From Kofleriaceae bacterium (lineage in GTDB: Bacteria > Myxococcota_A > Polyangia > Haliangiales > Haliangiaceae): a stretch of DNA of 23,721 bases. A program made the translations under genes and the position numbers. Positions 8,738 to 16,969 of this stretch are shown piece after piece. The notes under the pieces are model-generated. The model was not told where the DNA came from. It did no database searches and was given only the letters and a program-made list of their open reading frames with translations. Each line of letters begins with the position of its first letter. Position 1 is the first letter of the stretch. The stretch covers positions 1-23,721 of the forward strand of contig JBKJLC010000136.1 of assembly GCA_046597055.1 (NCBI GenBank), read 5' to 3'.

Positions 8738-9301
8738 ATGGCAAAGCTCCTGCGCAGTGTCGTCACCGCCACCGCCACCATGAACAAGGGCGCGGCCCAG
8801 CCCGAGCCGGTCGAGATCCCGAAGCTCGAGAAGTGCACGCTGATCGCGCTCGAGCCCGAAAGCGACTTCAAGGGGGAGCTGGTGGCTCAGTACAACCCCA
8901 AGGAGATCCAGATCGACAAGGCCGCGTCATGGGCCGAGTCGAAGACCTCCACCAGCGATCAGCCCCATCTGGAGTTCACCTCCAGCGGCACGCGGTCGCT
9001 GTCGCTCGAACTCATGTTCGACACGTACGAAGACGGCACCGACGTGCACGCGCTGTACGTGGCCGAGCTGATCAAGCTGGTGTCGGTGATGAAGCCGGGC
9101 AGCGAGAAGGAGCAGGAGCGGCGCCCGCCGCGGGTCAAGTTCCTGTGGGGGTTCCAGGGGCTGCCCGGCTTCATCGGGGTGATCGAGTCGGTGTCGACCA
9201 AGTACACGATGTTCCTGCCCGGGGGCCGACCGGTCCGGGCGACCTGCACGGTGAAGATGAAGGAGGCGAACCGGGCCTCGTTCGCGAAGAAGGCCCGGTA
9301 G
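8738..9301 (+). CDS. Contractile injection system tube-type protein (CIS_tube, Afp7/Pvc7 N-terminal-like), no LysM domain
   Basis: [75 protein letters not shown]. The true start is ATG 8738 within ORF 8216..9301. Confidence 0.85.
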   Translation: MAKLLRSVVTATATMNKGAAQPEPVEIPKLEKCTLIALEPESDFKGELVAQYNPKEIQIDKAASWAESKTSTSDQPHLEFTSSGTRSLSLELMFDTYEDGTDVHALYVAELIKLVSVMKPGSEKEQERRPPRVKFLWGFQGLPGFIGVIESVSTKYTMFLPGGRPVRATCTVKMKEANRASFAKKAR

Positions 9302-9302
9302 A

Positions 9303-12300
9303 TCAGCCCAGCCCCAGCCGGGCCGCGAGGCGGCGCACGCCGGCGTGCTCGGGGACCCGGTCGAGGTAGTCGGGTCGCAGCGCGAGCGGCAACTTGGCCG
9401 CGAGCTCGTCGAGGCGCTGGATCGCGACCGCGGTGACCGCGCGGGCCTCGTCGGCGCGACCGCCGCCGTCGAGCGCGGCGGCCAGCGCGTAGCGGATCTG
9501 CAGCTCGCCCTCGTCGAGGCCGCCGAGCGACTCGAGGATCGCGTGGGCCTCGCGCGCCGGGGCCAGGGCACCGGCGGCGTCGCCACTTTCGGCGCGGGCC
9601 TGCGCCAGGACCGCCAGGGCGAGCGCGCGTGACGGCGGGTTGTGGGTCAGGGTCTCGAGCGCGAGCCCGGCCTCGCGGACGGCGCCGGTGAAGTCGCCGG
9701 AGCGCAGGTGCTGCTGGGCGAGGTAGGTGCGGCTGACCGCGGCCAGGTGCAGGTCGCCCTGGCGGATGAAGCTGGCCAGCGCGGCGAGCTGCGCCTCGGC
9801 GGCGCGCGCGGGCTGGCCGAGGTTGCCGAGCGCCAGGCCCAGGTTCTGCTGCGCGATCGTGACGATGAACGGTTGGCCCATCCGCTCGGCGTCGCGCAGC
9901 GTGGTCTCGAGCAGCGCGGCCGCCCGGCCGTAGGCGCCGAGCTGGATGTACGTGTAGCCGAGGTTGTTGTTGGTCAGGCACGCGCTGCGCAGATCGCCGG
10001 CGCGCACGTGCGCCGCGGCGACCTCCTCGAGCAGCGCGAGCGCCCGGCCCTGCTCGGCCCGCGCGCCCTCGGCGAACGCCCGCGCCTCGAGCACCCGGGC
10101 GAGCGCGAGCGGCTCGTCGGTCAGCGCGCCGCGGGCGACCTCGGCGTCCAGCCCGGCCAGGAGCGCGTCGGCGCGCTCGTAGCGGCCGATCAGGTAGAGG
10201 TTGACGGCGCCCTTGGCCAGCGCGCGCACGCGCTCGACCCGATCGAGCGGCGGCGCGTCGGTGACCCGGGTCAGCAGCTCCTCGAGGCGATCGTGGGCCG
10301 ACAGCGACCCCAGCGCGGTGATCGACTGGGTCGCCGCCACGCACCAGCCCCGCGAGCCGGGCGCCAGCACCGCCATCGCGAGCTGGGCGGCCTCGATCGC
10401 GGCGTTGTAGTCGGCCCGCCAGCGATGGGCCTCGGCGCGCAGGACCAGCAGCTCGCCCAGCGCGTCGCCGCGGGCGCCGCAGGCGAGCCCGCGCTCGACC
10501 CGCGCCAGCACCGCGGCGAGGTCGTTGCCCTCGAGCGCATCGCGCGCGGCGCGCAGGTAGCCGGCGATCGCGCGCTCGGGCACGCCGCCGCGCTCGAAGT
10601 GCTGGGCCAGCAAGACCGCGTCGGTCGCGCCGGCGGTGACCAGCCACTCGGCGGCCAGGCGGTGGCCGAGCACCCGGTCGCGATCGGTGAGCATCGCGTA
10701 CGCGGCCTCGCGCACCAGGGCGTGGCGGAACCCGAACTCCGGCTCGCCGGCCAGCTCGGTCGGCACCGGCTCGATCAGCTCGCGCTCGACCAGCTCGGTC
10801 AACAAGCGATCGACGGTGACCGCCTGGCCGGGGTCGCCCCACAGCGCGCGGGCGCCGCCGCGCGGGAACCGGCCGCCGAACACCGAGGCCGCCCGCAGCA
10901 GCCGGCGCGCGTCGGCGTCGAGGCCGTCGAGGCGGGCCTGCGCCATGGCCAGGATGGTGCCCGGCAGCTGCCCGGGCGGATCGCTCGACACCACCCGGCA
11001 CAGCTCCTCGAGATAGAACGGGTTGCCGCCGGCCTGCTCGACGATGCGCGCGACCACCGGCGCGCCCGCGTGATCGTCGAGGATCTCGTGGACCAGCCGG
11101 GTCGCGGCCTTGCGGCTCAGCTCGCCGAGCGCGATCGTGACCAGCCCGCGCTCGGCCCATAGCTGGGGGAACAGCAGGTCGATCTCGGGTCGCGCCAGCG
11201 CGAGCACCAGCAGCGGCAGCTCGCGGAGGTTGCGCAGCGCCGACTCGCACAGCTTCACGGTCGACAGGTCGCCGAGGTGGAGGTCCTCGAGGATCAGGAC
11301 GACCGGCCGGCGCGCGGTCTCGGCGGCGAGCCAGTCGTCCCACGCGCGCCGCAGCTGGTCGCCCATCACGGCCGCGTCGCGGCGGGCGGCGTCGACCGCG
11401 GGGCTGCCGCCGCGCGCCGGCAGGTGCGCGAGCTCGCCGAGGAACCCGGCCACCCGCTCGCGCTCGGCGGGCGCCACCACCGCGGCGACCCGCGCGGCCA
11501 GGCGGGCCCGACCGACCTCGACCGGCTCACCATCGACGATGCCGGCCGCGCGGCGGATGACCTGACCGGCCATCGCGAACGGCGAGCCGGTGTGGAGCGG
11601 ATCGCCCTTGCCCTGCAGCAGCTCGAACCCGCCGCCGCGGGCGCGCAGGCGGGCCAGCAGCTCGAAGCGGACCCGGCTCTTGCCGTGCCCGGCGGGCGCG
11701 CGCACCAGCACCGCGCGCGCACACGGCTCGGTCGCGACCTCGTCGAACAGGCTGACCAGCGCGGACAGCTCGCGATCGCGGCCCACGCACGGGATCGGCC
11801 GGCCCAGCACGCGGTGGGGTGCCGCCGGGTCGCCGCTCTCGCCGATCAGCCGCAGCACGCCGGCGTCGTCGCGCAGCTCGAAGCCGCCGCCGAGCAGGCC
11901 CGCGGTCAGCGGATCGACGACCACGCTGCCGGCGGCTGCCGCCCGCACCAGGGTCAGCGCGCGATCGATCACCTCGCCGACCGGCGCGCGCCCGGCCTGC
12001 ACCGCGCGCCCCGCCGCGACCGCGACCCGTGCGCCTGGCAGCGCCCGGGCCAGCGCCAGCGCGACCCGTCCGACCTGGGCGGCCTGATCGGTCGCCGGGG
12101 CGCGCGCGGTGCCGCGGTCGGCGAACGCGACCCACGAGCCATCGACCAGCTGCTCGAGCCGCGCGCCGTGGGCCCGGCACAGCGCGGCCAGCCCCTCCAT
12201 CGACATCCGGGCATCGGGCACCAGGGTCGGCTCGCTGCCGAGCGGTGAGGTCACGGTCGCCCGCGGCAGCGCAGTCGTGTCGGTCGAGGCCAGCGTGCAC

Positions 12301-13205
12301 AGCGCCAGGCACATGAAGCGTTGCTCGTCGGAGCCGAGGCTCGCCGGCCGCGGCGTGAGCGGCCCGATGGTCCGGATCGCCGGGATGCCCTGGCTGATCC
12401 CGTCGAGAATGTCGCGGACCGCGCGGCCATCGCGCGGGCGCAGGCCGGGATCCTTGTGCAGGAGCCGCGCGACCAACGTCTCGAGCGCCGGCGGTGCGTC
12501 GGGCACCACGTCGCCGAGCCGCGGCGGATCCTCGAGCAGCACCTTGGCGAGCACCGCCATCACGTGCTCGCCGCGGAAGGCGGCGCGGCCGGTCAGGCAC
12601 TCGAACAGGACGCAGCCGAGCGCGAACACGTCGGCGCGCGCGTCGACGTCGCGGACCCCGCGCGCCTGCTCGGGTGCGGTGTAGCCGGGCGTGCCGAGCA
12701 CGCTGCCGGTCGAGGTCACCGCCACCGCCGCGGCGACCCGGGCGATGCCGAAGTCGAGGATCTTCACTTGCGCCGGATCGCCGTCGACCAGGAACAGGTT
12801 GGCGGGCTTGAGATCGCGGTGCACGCCGGCGCGGTCGTGCAGGAGCGCGAGGCCATCGGCGGCGCGGCGGATCAGGTCGATCGCCTCGGACGCGTCGAGC
12901 GCCCCGCGGGTGAGCCGGCGCGCGAGGTCCTCGCCCTCCAGCCACTCCATCGCGAGGTACAGCTCGCCGTCACCGGTGCGGCCGTGGGCGATGTGCCGGA
13001 CGATCGCCGGGTGGCGCAGCTCGGCCAGCAGCGCGGCCTCGCGCAGGAACCGCTCGTCGTGGCCGCCGCCGGGGGCGCGCAGCAGCTTCACCGCGACCCG
13101 ATGCTCGGTGATGCGGTCGCGCGCCTTGTAGACGGCGCCCATGCCGCCGACCTGCGCGAGGCGCTCGAGCTCGAATCGCCCGGCGACGATCTCGCCCGGA
13201 AGCAT
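9303..13205 (-). CDS. Hanks-type Ser/Thr kinase fused to a degenerate cyclase-like region, a STAND/AAA ATPase and TPR repeats
   Basis: [22 protein letters not shown] and GTPGYTAPE kinase motifs; VGRDREL, Walker A APAGHGKS, Walker [18 protein letters not shown] and [11 protein letters not shown]; helical TPR-like C-terminus (NNLGYTY, QNLGLAL). Confidence 0.93.
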   Translation of the reverse strand: MLPGEIVAGRFELERLAQVGGMGAVYKARDRITEHRVAVKLLRAPGGGHDERFLREAALLAELRHPAIVRHIAHGRTGDGELYLAMEWLEGEDLARRLTRGALDASEAIDLIRRAADGLALLHDRAGVHRDLKPANLFLVDGDPAQVKILDFGIARVAAAVAVTSTGSVLGTPGYTAPEQARGVRDVDARADVFALGCVLFECLTGRAAFRGEHVMAVLAKVLLEDPPRLGDVVPDAPPALETLVARLLHKDPGLRPRDGRAVRDILDGISQGIPAIRTIGPLTPRPASLGSDEQRFMCLALCTLASTDTTALPRATVTSPLGSEPTLVPDARMSMEGLAALCRAHGARLEQLVDGSWVAFADRGTARAPATDQAAQVGRVALALARALPGARVAVAAGRAVQAGRAPVGEVIDRALTLVRAAAAGSVVVDPLTAGLLGGGFELRDDAGVLRLIGESGDPAAPHRVLGRPIPCVGRDRELSALVSLFDEVATEPCARAVLVRAPAGHGKSRVRFELLARLRARGGGFELLQGKGDPLHTGSPFAMAGQVIRRAAGIVDGEPVEVGRARLAARVAAVVAPAERERVAGFLGELAHLPARGGSPAVDAARRDAAVMGDQLRRAWDDWLAAETARRPVVLILEDLHLGDLSTVKLCESALRNLRELPLLVLALARPEIDLLFPQLWAERGLVTIALGELSRKAATRLVHEILDDHAGAPVVARIVEQAGGNPFYLEELCRVVSSDPPGQLPGTILAMAQARLDGLDADARRLLRAASVFGGRFPRGGARALWGDPGQAVTVDRLLTELVERELIEPVPTELAGEPEFGFRHALVREAAYAMLTDRDRVLGHRLAAEWLVTAGATDAVLLAQHFERGGVPERAIAGYLRAARDALEGNDLAAVLARVERGLACGARGDALGELLVLRAEAHRWRADYNAAIEAAQLAMAVLAPGSRGWCVAATQSITALGSLSAHDRLEELLTRVTDAPPLDRVERVRALAKGAVNLYLIGRYERADALLAGLDAEVARGALTDEPLALARVLEARAFAEGARAEQGRALALLEEVAAAHVRAGDLRSACLTNNNLGYTYIQLGAYGRAAALLETTLRDAERMGQPFIVTIAQQNLGLALGNLGQPARAAEAQLAALASFIRQGDLHLAAVSRTYLAQQHLRSGDFTGAVREAGLALETLTHNPPSRALALAVLAQARAESGDAAGALAPAREAHAILESLGGLDEGELQIRYALAAALDGGGRADEARAVTAVAIQRLDELAAKLPLALRPDYLDRVPEHAGVRRLAARLGLG

Positions 13206-13262
13206 CCCGGCATCGTCGCACAGGCCGGGACGCCTGGAGTGGCAGATGATGGCTGGCCCGGT

Positions 13263-14468
13263 TCAGCGCCGGCTGGGCGGCGGCGGCCACAGCGCGCTCC
13301 CGCCGATGATCGGGTCGTTCCAGGCCACCACGCCCTCGGCGAACGCCCCGGCGGCGGCGCGGACGTCGTCGCCGGTGTCCCAGGCGAGCCCGAGGCGACG
13401 CAGCGCGGGCGCGCTCGCGAGGGCCCGGACGCCGTCGGCGCCGACCCGGCTCTCGGACAGGTCGAGCTCGACCAGCGTGGTGACCGCGGCCAGCGCGCGG
13501 GCCGCGGCGTCGCCCACGTTGGTGGCGTGGAGATCGAGCATGCGCAGCCGGGTCAGCCCGGCCAGCGCGCCGCCGCCGCGATCGCCGAGCGGGTTGCCGC
13601 CGAGCCCGAGCCGCTCGAGCGGGGCCACCGTGGCGATCACGCCGGCCTCGTCGTCGCCGATCCCGCAGCTGCCGAGATCGAGCCGCCGCAACGAGGCGTG
13701 GCGCGCCAGGCCGGCCAGGCCGGCGATGCCGAACGCGGGCCGCCGGGCCGACCGCGACAGGCTGAGGTGGGTCAGCGCGGGCGCGGCCGCGAGGCAGGCG
13801 AGCGCCTCGTCGTCGGCATCGGGGAGCGAGGCCGTGCGCAAGGTCCGGGTCTCGGCGAGCGCCGCGGCCAGCTCGACCGTCGACCGGGCCCGGCCCACGT
13901 ACTCCTCCAGCATCGGGCAACCGCGGACCAGGGCGGCCGCGACGCTGGCCGCGGCGACATCGAGCCGGAGCGAGCGGACCCCGTCGAACCGCAGGCCCTC
14001 GAGGACGCCGTGCCCGCGGGCGTCGTCGAACACCGTGCTGAGATGCACGATCGGCGCGACCAGCGCGCGATCGACCGCGGCGAGCGCACGCGCGCCATGA
14101 ACCGATCCAACGATGACCGCCGCGCCCGGCACCGCGGTGGCCAGCTCGATCAGGAGATCCCCGTGCCAGTTCTCCTCGGACTTCGAGGTCCGGCTGGTAC
14201 GCACGTCGAGATCGGCCTCGAAGCGGACGCCGGGGAGCGCGATCGCGAGGAAGATCTCGCGATGGCTGCGGGCCAGGCCATCGGCGACCTCCTCGAACCA
14301 GCGGCCGCCGGCGGGCGCGCGCAGGGCCTCGAGCGCCTCGATCGCCCGCTCGATCGTCACCCCGGCCTGGAGCGCGCGCACGGCGGCGCGGGCGTCGTCG
14401 GGGAGCCCACGCTCGTCCTCGACCGCCTGGCACGCGGTGGCGAGCGCCTCTTCCATGGGAGCCGACAT
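13263..14468 (-). CDS. Leucine-rich repeat protein (RI/GALA-like LRRs) with an uncharacterised N-terminal domain
   Basis: LTHLSLS, LRRLDLGSCGIGDD, LERLGLGGNPLGDRG, LRMLDLHATNVGDA, LVELDLSESRVGADG. Start is 14468 or 14456. Confidence 0.85.
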   Translation of the reverse strand: MSAPMEEALATACQAVEDERGLPDDARAAVRALQAGVTIERAIEALEALRAPAGGRWFEEVADGLARSHREIFLAIALPGVRFEADLDVRTSRTSKSEENWHGDLLIELATAVPGAAVIVGSVHGARALAAVDRALVAPIVHLSTVFDDARGHGVLEGLRFDGVRSLRLDVAAASVAAALVRGCPMLEEYVGRARSTVELAAALAETRTLRTASLPDADDEALACLAAAPALTHLSLSRSARRPAFGIAGLAGLARHASLRRLDLGSCGIGDDEAGVIATVAPLERLGLGGNPLGDRGGGALAGLTRLRMLDLHATNVGDAAARALAAVTTLVELDLSESRVGADGVRALASAPALRRLGLAWDTGDDVRAAAGAFAEGVVAWNDPIIGGSALWPPPPSRR

Positions 14469-14598
14469 GGTACCCGCATCTCGCGGTGCGCCACCACCCC
14501 GGTGGCCCGCGGTCGCCGACCGCACGGGCGTTCAGGTCCGGCCGGGGCGCGCCGCCCGTGTGAACAGGACCGGCGCGCGCCGCGCGCGGCGCAGATGA

Positions 14599-14898
14599 TC
14601 AGCGCGAGGCGGAGGTCGGCGTCATGCAGCACACGCCGCCTTCGATGCCAGTCGCGACCCGGCCGAGTTCACGCTCGCCGTCTGCACACTGGATCTGTCC
14701 GTCGCCGATGTCGCCGCGCACCTGGCCGCCGAGACACTGGCACTGGTCCGGCGTCATCGCGGCGTCGGGATCGCCGCCGCGACCGCAGTCGGGCGCGGAC
14801 CCAGGTGGGTCCACGGGCGACGGCGCGCCCGTCGGCGCGGTCGTGGAGCCACCACAGGCGGCCAGACCCAGAAAAACCATGAGCGCGAGATTCCTCAT
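14599..14898 (-). CDS. Small Cys-rich lipoprotein
   Basis: MRNLALMVFLGLAAC lipobox; six further Cys (C..CQC..C..CC). Confidence 0.75.
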   Translation of the reverse strand: MRNLALMVFLGLAACGGSTTAPTGAPSPVDPPGSAPDCGRGGDPDAAMTPDQCQCLGGQVRGDIGDGQIQCADGERELGRVATGIEGGVCCMTPTSASR

Positions 14899-14910
14899 GC
14901 GCGACAGCGG

Positions 14911-14926
14911 AGCACAGTCTGTGCCG
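14911..14926 (-). promoter_or_regulatory. Putative sigma54 -24/-12 promoter
   Basis: Minus strand CGGCACA-GACT-GTGCT, followed by 12 nt and ATG 14898. Confidence 0.55.
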
Positions 14927-14940
14927 CGCCGCGACAATGT

Positions 14941-14956
14941 TGGCCCGCCCCGTGCT
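14941..14956 (+). promoter_or_regulatory. Putative sigma54 -24/-12 promoter
   Basis: TGGCCCG-CCCC-GTGCT, followed by 13 nt and ATG 14970. Confidence 0.55.
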
Positions 14957-14969
14957 TTTCGAGAGCGAC

Positions 14970-15614
14970 ATGAAGCGAGACCCACGCGATTCCCATTCAG
15001 CCGCGGACCATATCGTGAGCGAGCCCGGTGCCCGCCCCGACCCAGAGCTGGCCAAGCGCCACGACAAGCTGCTGCGTACGCTGGTCCCGGAGCTGTTCCA
15101 GACCGAGCGCTCCGCCGAGCAGCACTGCGCGCGCGAGGCCTACCGCCTGGGTGACAGCGCGCCTGCGACGGCGTTGCGCGCGGTCGCCCTCCATGCGATC
15201 CGCGTCAATCGCGAGCTGCCCGCCATCATCAAGACCAGCGGCCTCCCCGTGGCCGGGGCCGGCAGCCTGCTCGGCCGCCTGTTCTCGATGGTCCGTCAGA
15301 CCGTCGCCGATCGCCTGATCGACGAGGAGCGCTCCTATCGCGGCACGCTGCTCGGCCTGCGCCATGGCGTCGACGTGGTCAAGATGCTCCAGCACGTCGC
15401 CGATGCCAGCGGCAAGCTCGAGCTGGCCGGCTGGTGCACGCGGTGGCTGGCCGAGCGCGAGCCGCTGGTCGCCGCCGTGGAGCACGCGCTGACCTGGTTC
15501 GCGCTGCACCCCGCGGTCGCGATCGAGTCGACCCGCAGCGTGCGCGACATCATGCGTCGGCCCGAGCACCGCTCCGCCAACGGCGCAACGCCGCCGCGCA
15601 CGGCTTCGATCTGA
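14970..15614 (+). CDS. Hypothetical all-helical protein, possibly ferritin-like four-helix bundle
   Basis: Good codon usage and an amphipathic helical pattern, with ELFQTERSAEQH and EERSYRGTLLGLRHG. The fold call is tentative. Confidence 0.7.
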   Translation: MKRDPRDSHSAADHIVSEPGARPDPELAKRHDKLLRTLVPELFQTERSAEQHCAREAYRLGDSAPATALRAVALHAIRVNRELPAIIKTSGLPVAGAGSLLGRLFSMVRQTVADRLIDEERSYRGTLLGLRHGVDVVKMLQHVADASGKLELAGWCTRWLAEREPLVAAVEHALTWFALHPAVAIESTRSVRDIMRRPEHRSANGATPPRTASI

Positions 15615-15809
15615 CCCGACATGTGCGCGAGCGCGCCACACCCGTGGTGCGATCGCGCGGCGGCGAACCTCGACGCCGGGCACCATTCTGGCGGCGGCTG
15701 TACTGATTCCGCGGCTGGCGCCCGGGCGCTGACGGTGTTCGGTGGCAGCGGTGGCCCCCGACCGCGCGACAGTGCGGTGCAGCCGCCCTTCCTTCGTGTG
15801 TGACCGGCG

Positions 15810-15825
15810 TGGCATCTCCCGTGCA
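15810..15825 (+). promoter_or_regulatory. Putative sigma54 -24/-12 promoter
   Basis: TGGCATC-TCCC-GTGCA, about 110 nt upstream of the RBS-led ATG at 15937. Confidence 0.5.
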
Positions 15826-15936
15826 ACGGCGTCTCGACGACGCGGTGCGCTCGCCGGCAGGTCATCCCGACCGCCGCAGACCGCGTGCGGGCCTGATGCC
15901 CTTCTCCGTCAACCAATCTCATTCGCAGGAGCTGTC

Positions 15937-16152
15937 ATGACCCCACCGATCAAGCGTGACGAAGAGCGTGAGGAAGAGGTCCAGGGCGAGGCCACCGTTG
16001 GTCGCGCGGACCAGCTCGACGACGAGAACGAGGAAGCCGCTCAGGAGCGGGTCGGACAGGCTGACGAGCGTACCGACGAGGACGAGGGGATGCGTGACGA
16101 GAGGGGCGACGACCCCAGCGACGAACAGACCGAGCTGCGCGAAGACGTCTAG
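15937..16152 (+). CDS. Small highly acidic, probably disordered protein (71 aa)
   Basis: AGGAG RBS before ATG 15937; E/D-rich sequence with internal similarity VGRADQ / VGQADE. Confidence 0.7.
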   Translation: MTPPIKRDEEREEEVQGEATVGRADQLDDENEEAAQERVGQADERTDEDEGMRDERGDDPSDEQTELREDV

Positions 16153-16397
16153 CCACCCCCACCACCTGGAACGCGACGGAGCCCCGACCCGGGGCCCGTC
16201 GCGCCGTGGCGTGCGTGCCGCTGACCGATCGCCTCTGCGGCCTCGAACAAGCCGGACAGCGTCCGCAAGAGATATGATGTCGCGTCCCGCGGGCTGGCCA
16301 CGGTCGTGGTGGATACGCACGGCACTCCCGACACGGTGAGCGCGACGCGCTCGCCGGCATCGTCACACGTGCCCGATGCCTTGCCGGCCGGCAGTGT

Positions 16398-16679
16398 TCA
16401 GGGGACGCCAGCGTCTCGTTCGAACATCCCGCCTTCGGTTGTCCCGGAGGCAGCGGGGCCGCCGTCCGACTCGGGACCGCGCGGCATCGGGTTCACCTCG
16501 CCCGGGACGCCGGTGCGGTCTTCTTCGTCGGCGGTCGACGCTGGCGGCAGCGCTTCATTCGCCAGCGGGTAGGTCGGCGGGCTGTCGCGCTTCCCACACG
16601 AGAACAGGAACGCTGCCCCCGTCGCCAGCGTTGCGGCGATCAGCGCCCGAACACGATGTCTCGCAGAGGAACGGCGCAT
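16398..16679 (-). CDS. Small Pro/Gly-rich lipoprotein
   Basis: MRRSSARHRVRALIAATLATGAAFLFSC signal with lipobox Cys, then a low-complexity tail ending DAGVP. Confidence 0.65.
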   Translation of the reverse strand: MRRSSARHRVRALIAATLATGAAFLFSCGKRDSPPTYPLANEALPPASTADEEDRTGVPGEVNPMPRGPESDGGPAASGTTEGGMFERDAGVP

Positions 16680-16692
16680 GCAGCCCTGGCAC

Positions 16693-16708
16693 TGCGAAGC
16701 TCGTGCCG
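16693..16708 (-). promoter_or_regulatory. Putative sigma54 -24/-12 promoter
   Basis: Minus strand CGGCACG-AGCT-TCGCA, followed by 13 nt and ATG 16679. Confidence 0.55.
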
Positions 16709-16712
16709 GCGG

Positions 16713-16937
16713 GACAAGTTCCCGATCGGCGCCGCCTTTGGCAAGGGCCTCGCCTTCAAGATGGGCCAGACCAACTTCCACCGGTAGGCGCGGCCGCTGA
16801 TGGCGCGCATCGTCGCGGGCGAGCTCGACCCGTCGTTCGTGATCACCCACCGCGTCGGGCTCTCGGAGATCCCGGGCGCGTACCAGGCCTTCAACGACAA
16901 GAAGGACGGGTGCGTCAAGGTGGTCGCGCGGCCCTGA
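16713..16937 (+). pseudogene. 3' remnant of a Zn-dependent alcohol / glutathione-dependent formaldehyde dehydrogenase gene
   Basis: Manual translation: DKFPIGAAFGKGLAFKMGQTNFHR*ARPLMARIVAGELDPSFVITHRVGLSEIPGAYQAFNDKKDGCVKVVARP*. This is the classic C-terminus of the family, with an internal TAG at 16785-16787 and no 5' part. Confidence 0.85.
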
Positions 16938-16969
16938 CCGCGCCCGACTCGCGCCGGTCCGGGCGCCGC

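Noticed and set aside
12321..14882. Very long alternative-frame ORFs (this 853-aa one, also 16376..18745, 8959..11343, 1672..3366, 6369..8009, 19039..20676)
   Set aside because: Shadow ORFs of well-supported genes in very GC-rich DNA; Arg/Pro/Gly-rich with no motifs.
16149..16397. Open minus-strand frame continuing past the lipoprotein TGA at 16398-16400 (readthrough or extra small gene)
   Set aside because: No motif, no clear RBS and weak codon bias; it cannot be supported, though a small CDS is not excluded.
16785..16787. In-frame TAG as possible pyrrolysine or readthrough
   Set aside because: The gene also lacks its whole 5' part, and every other gene here uses TAG as a normal stop; simple decay explains it.
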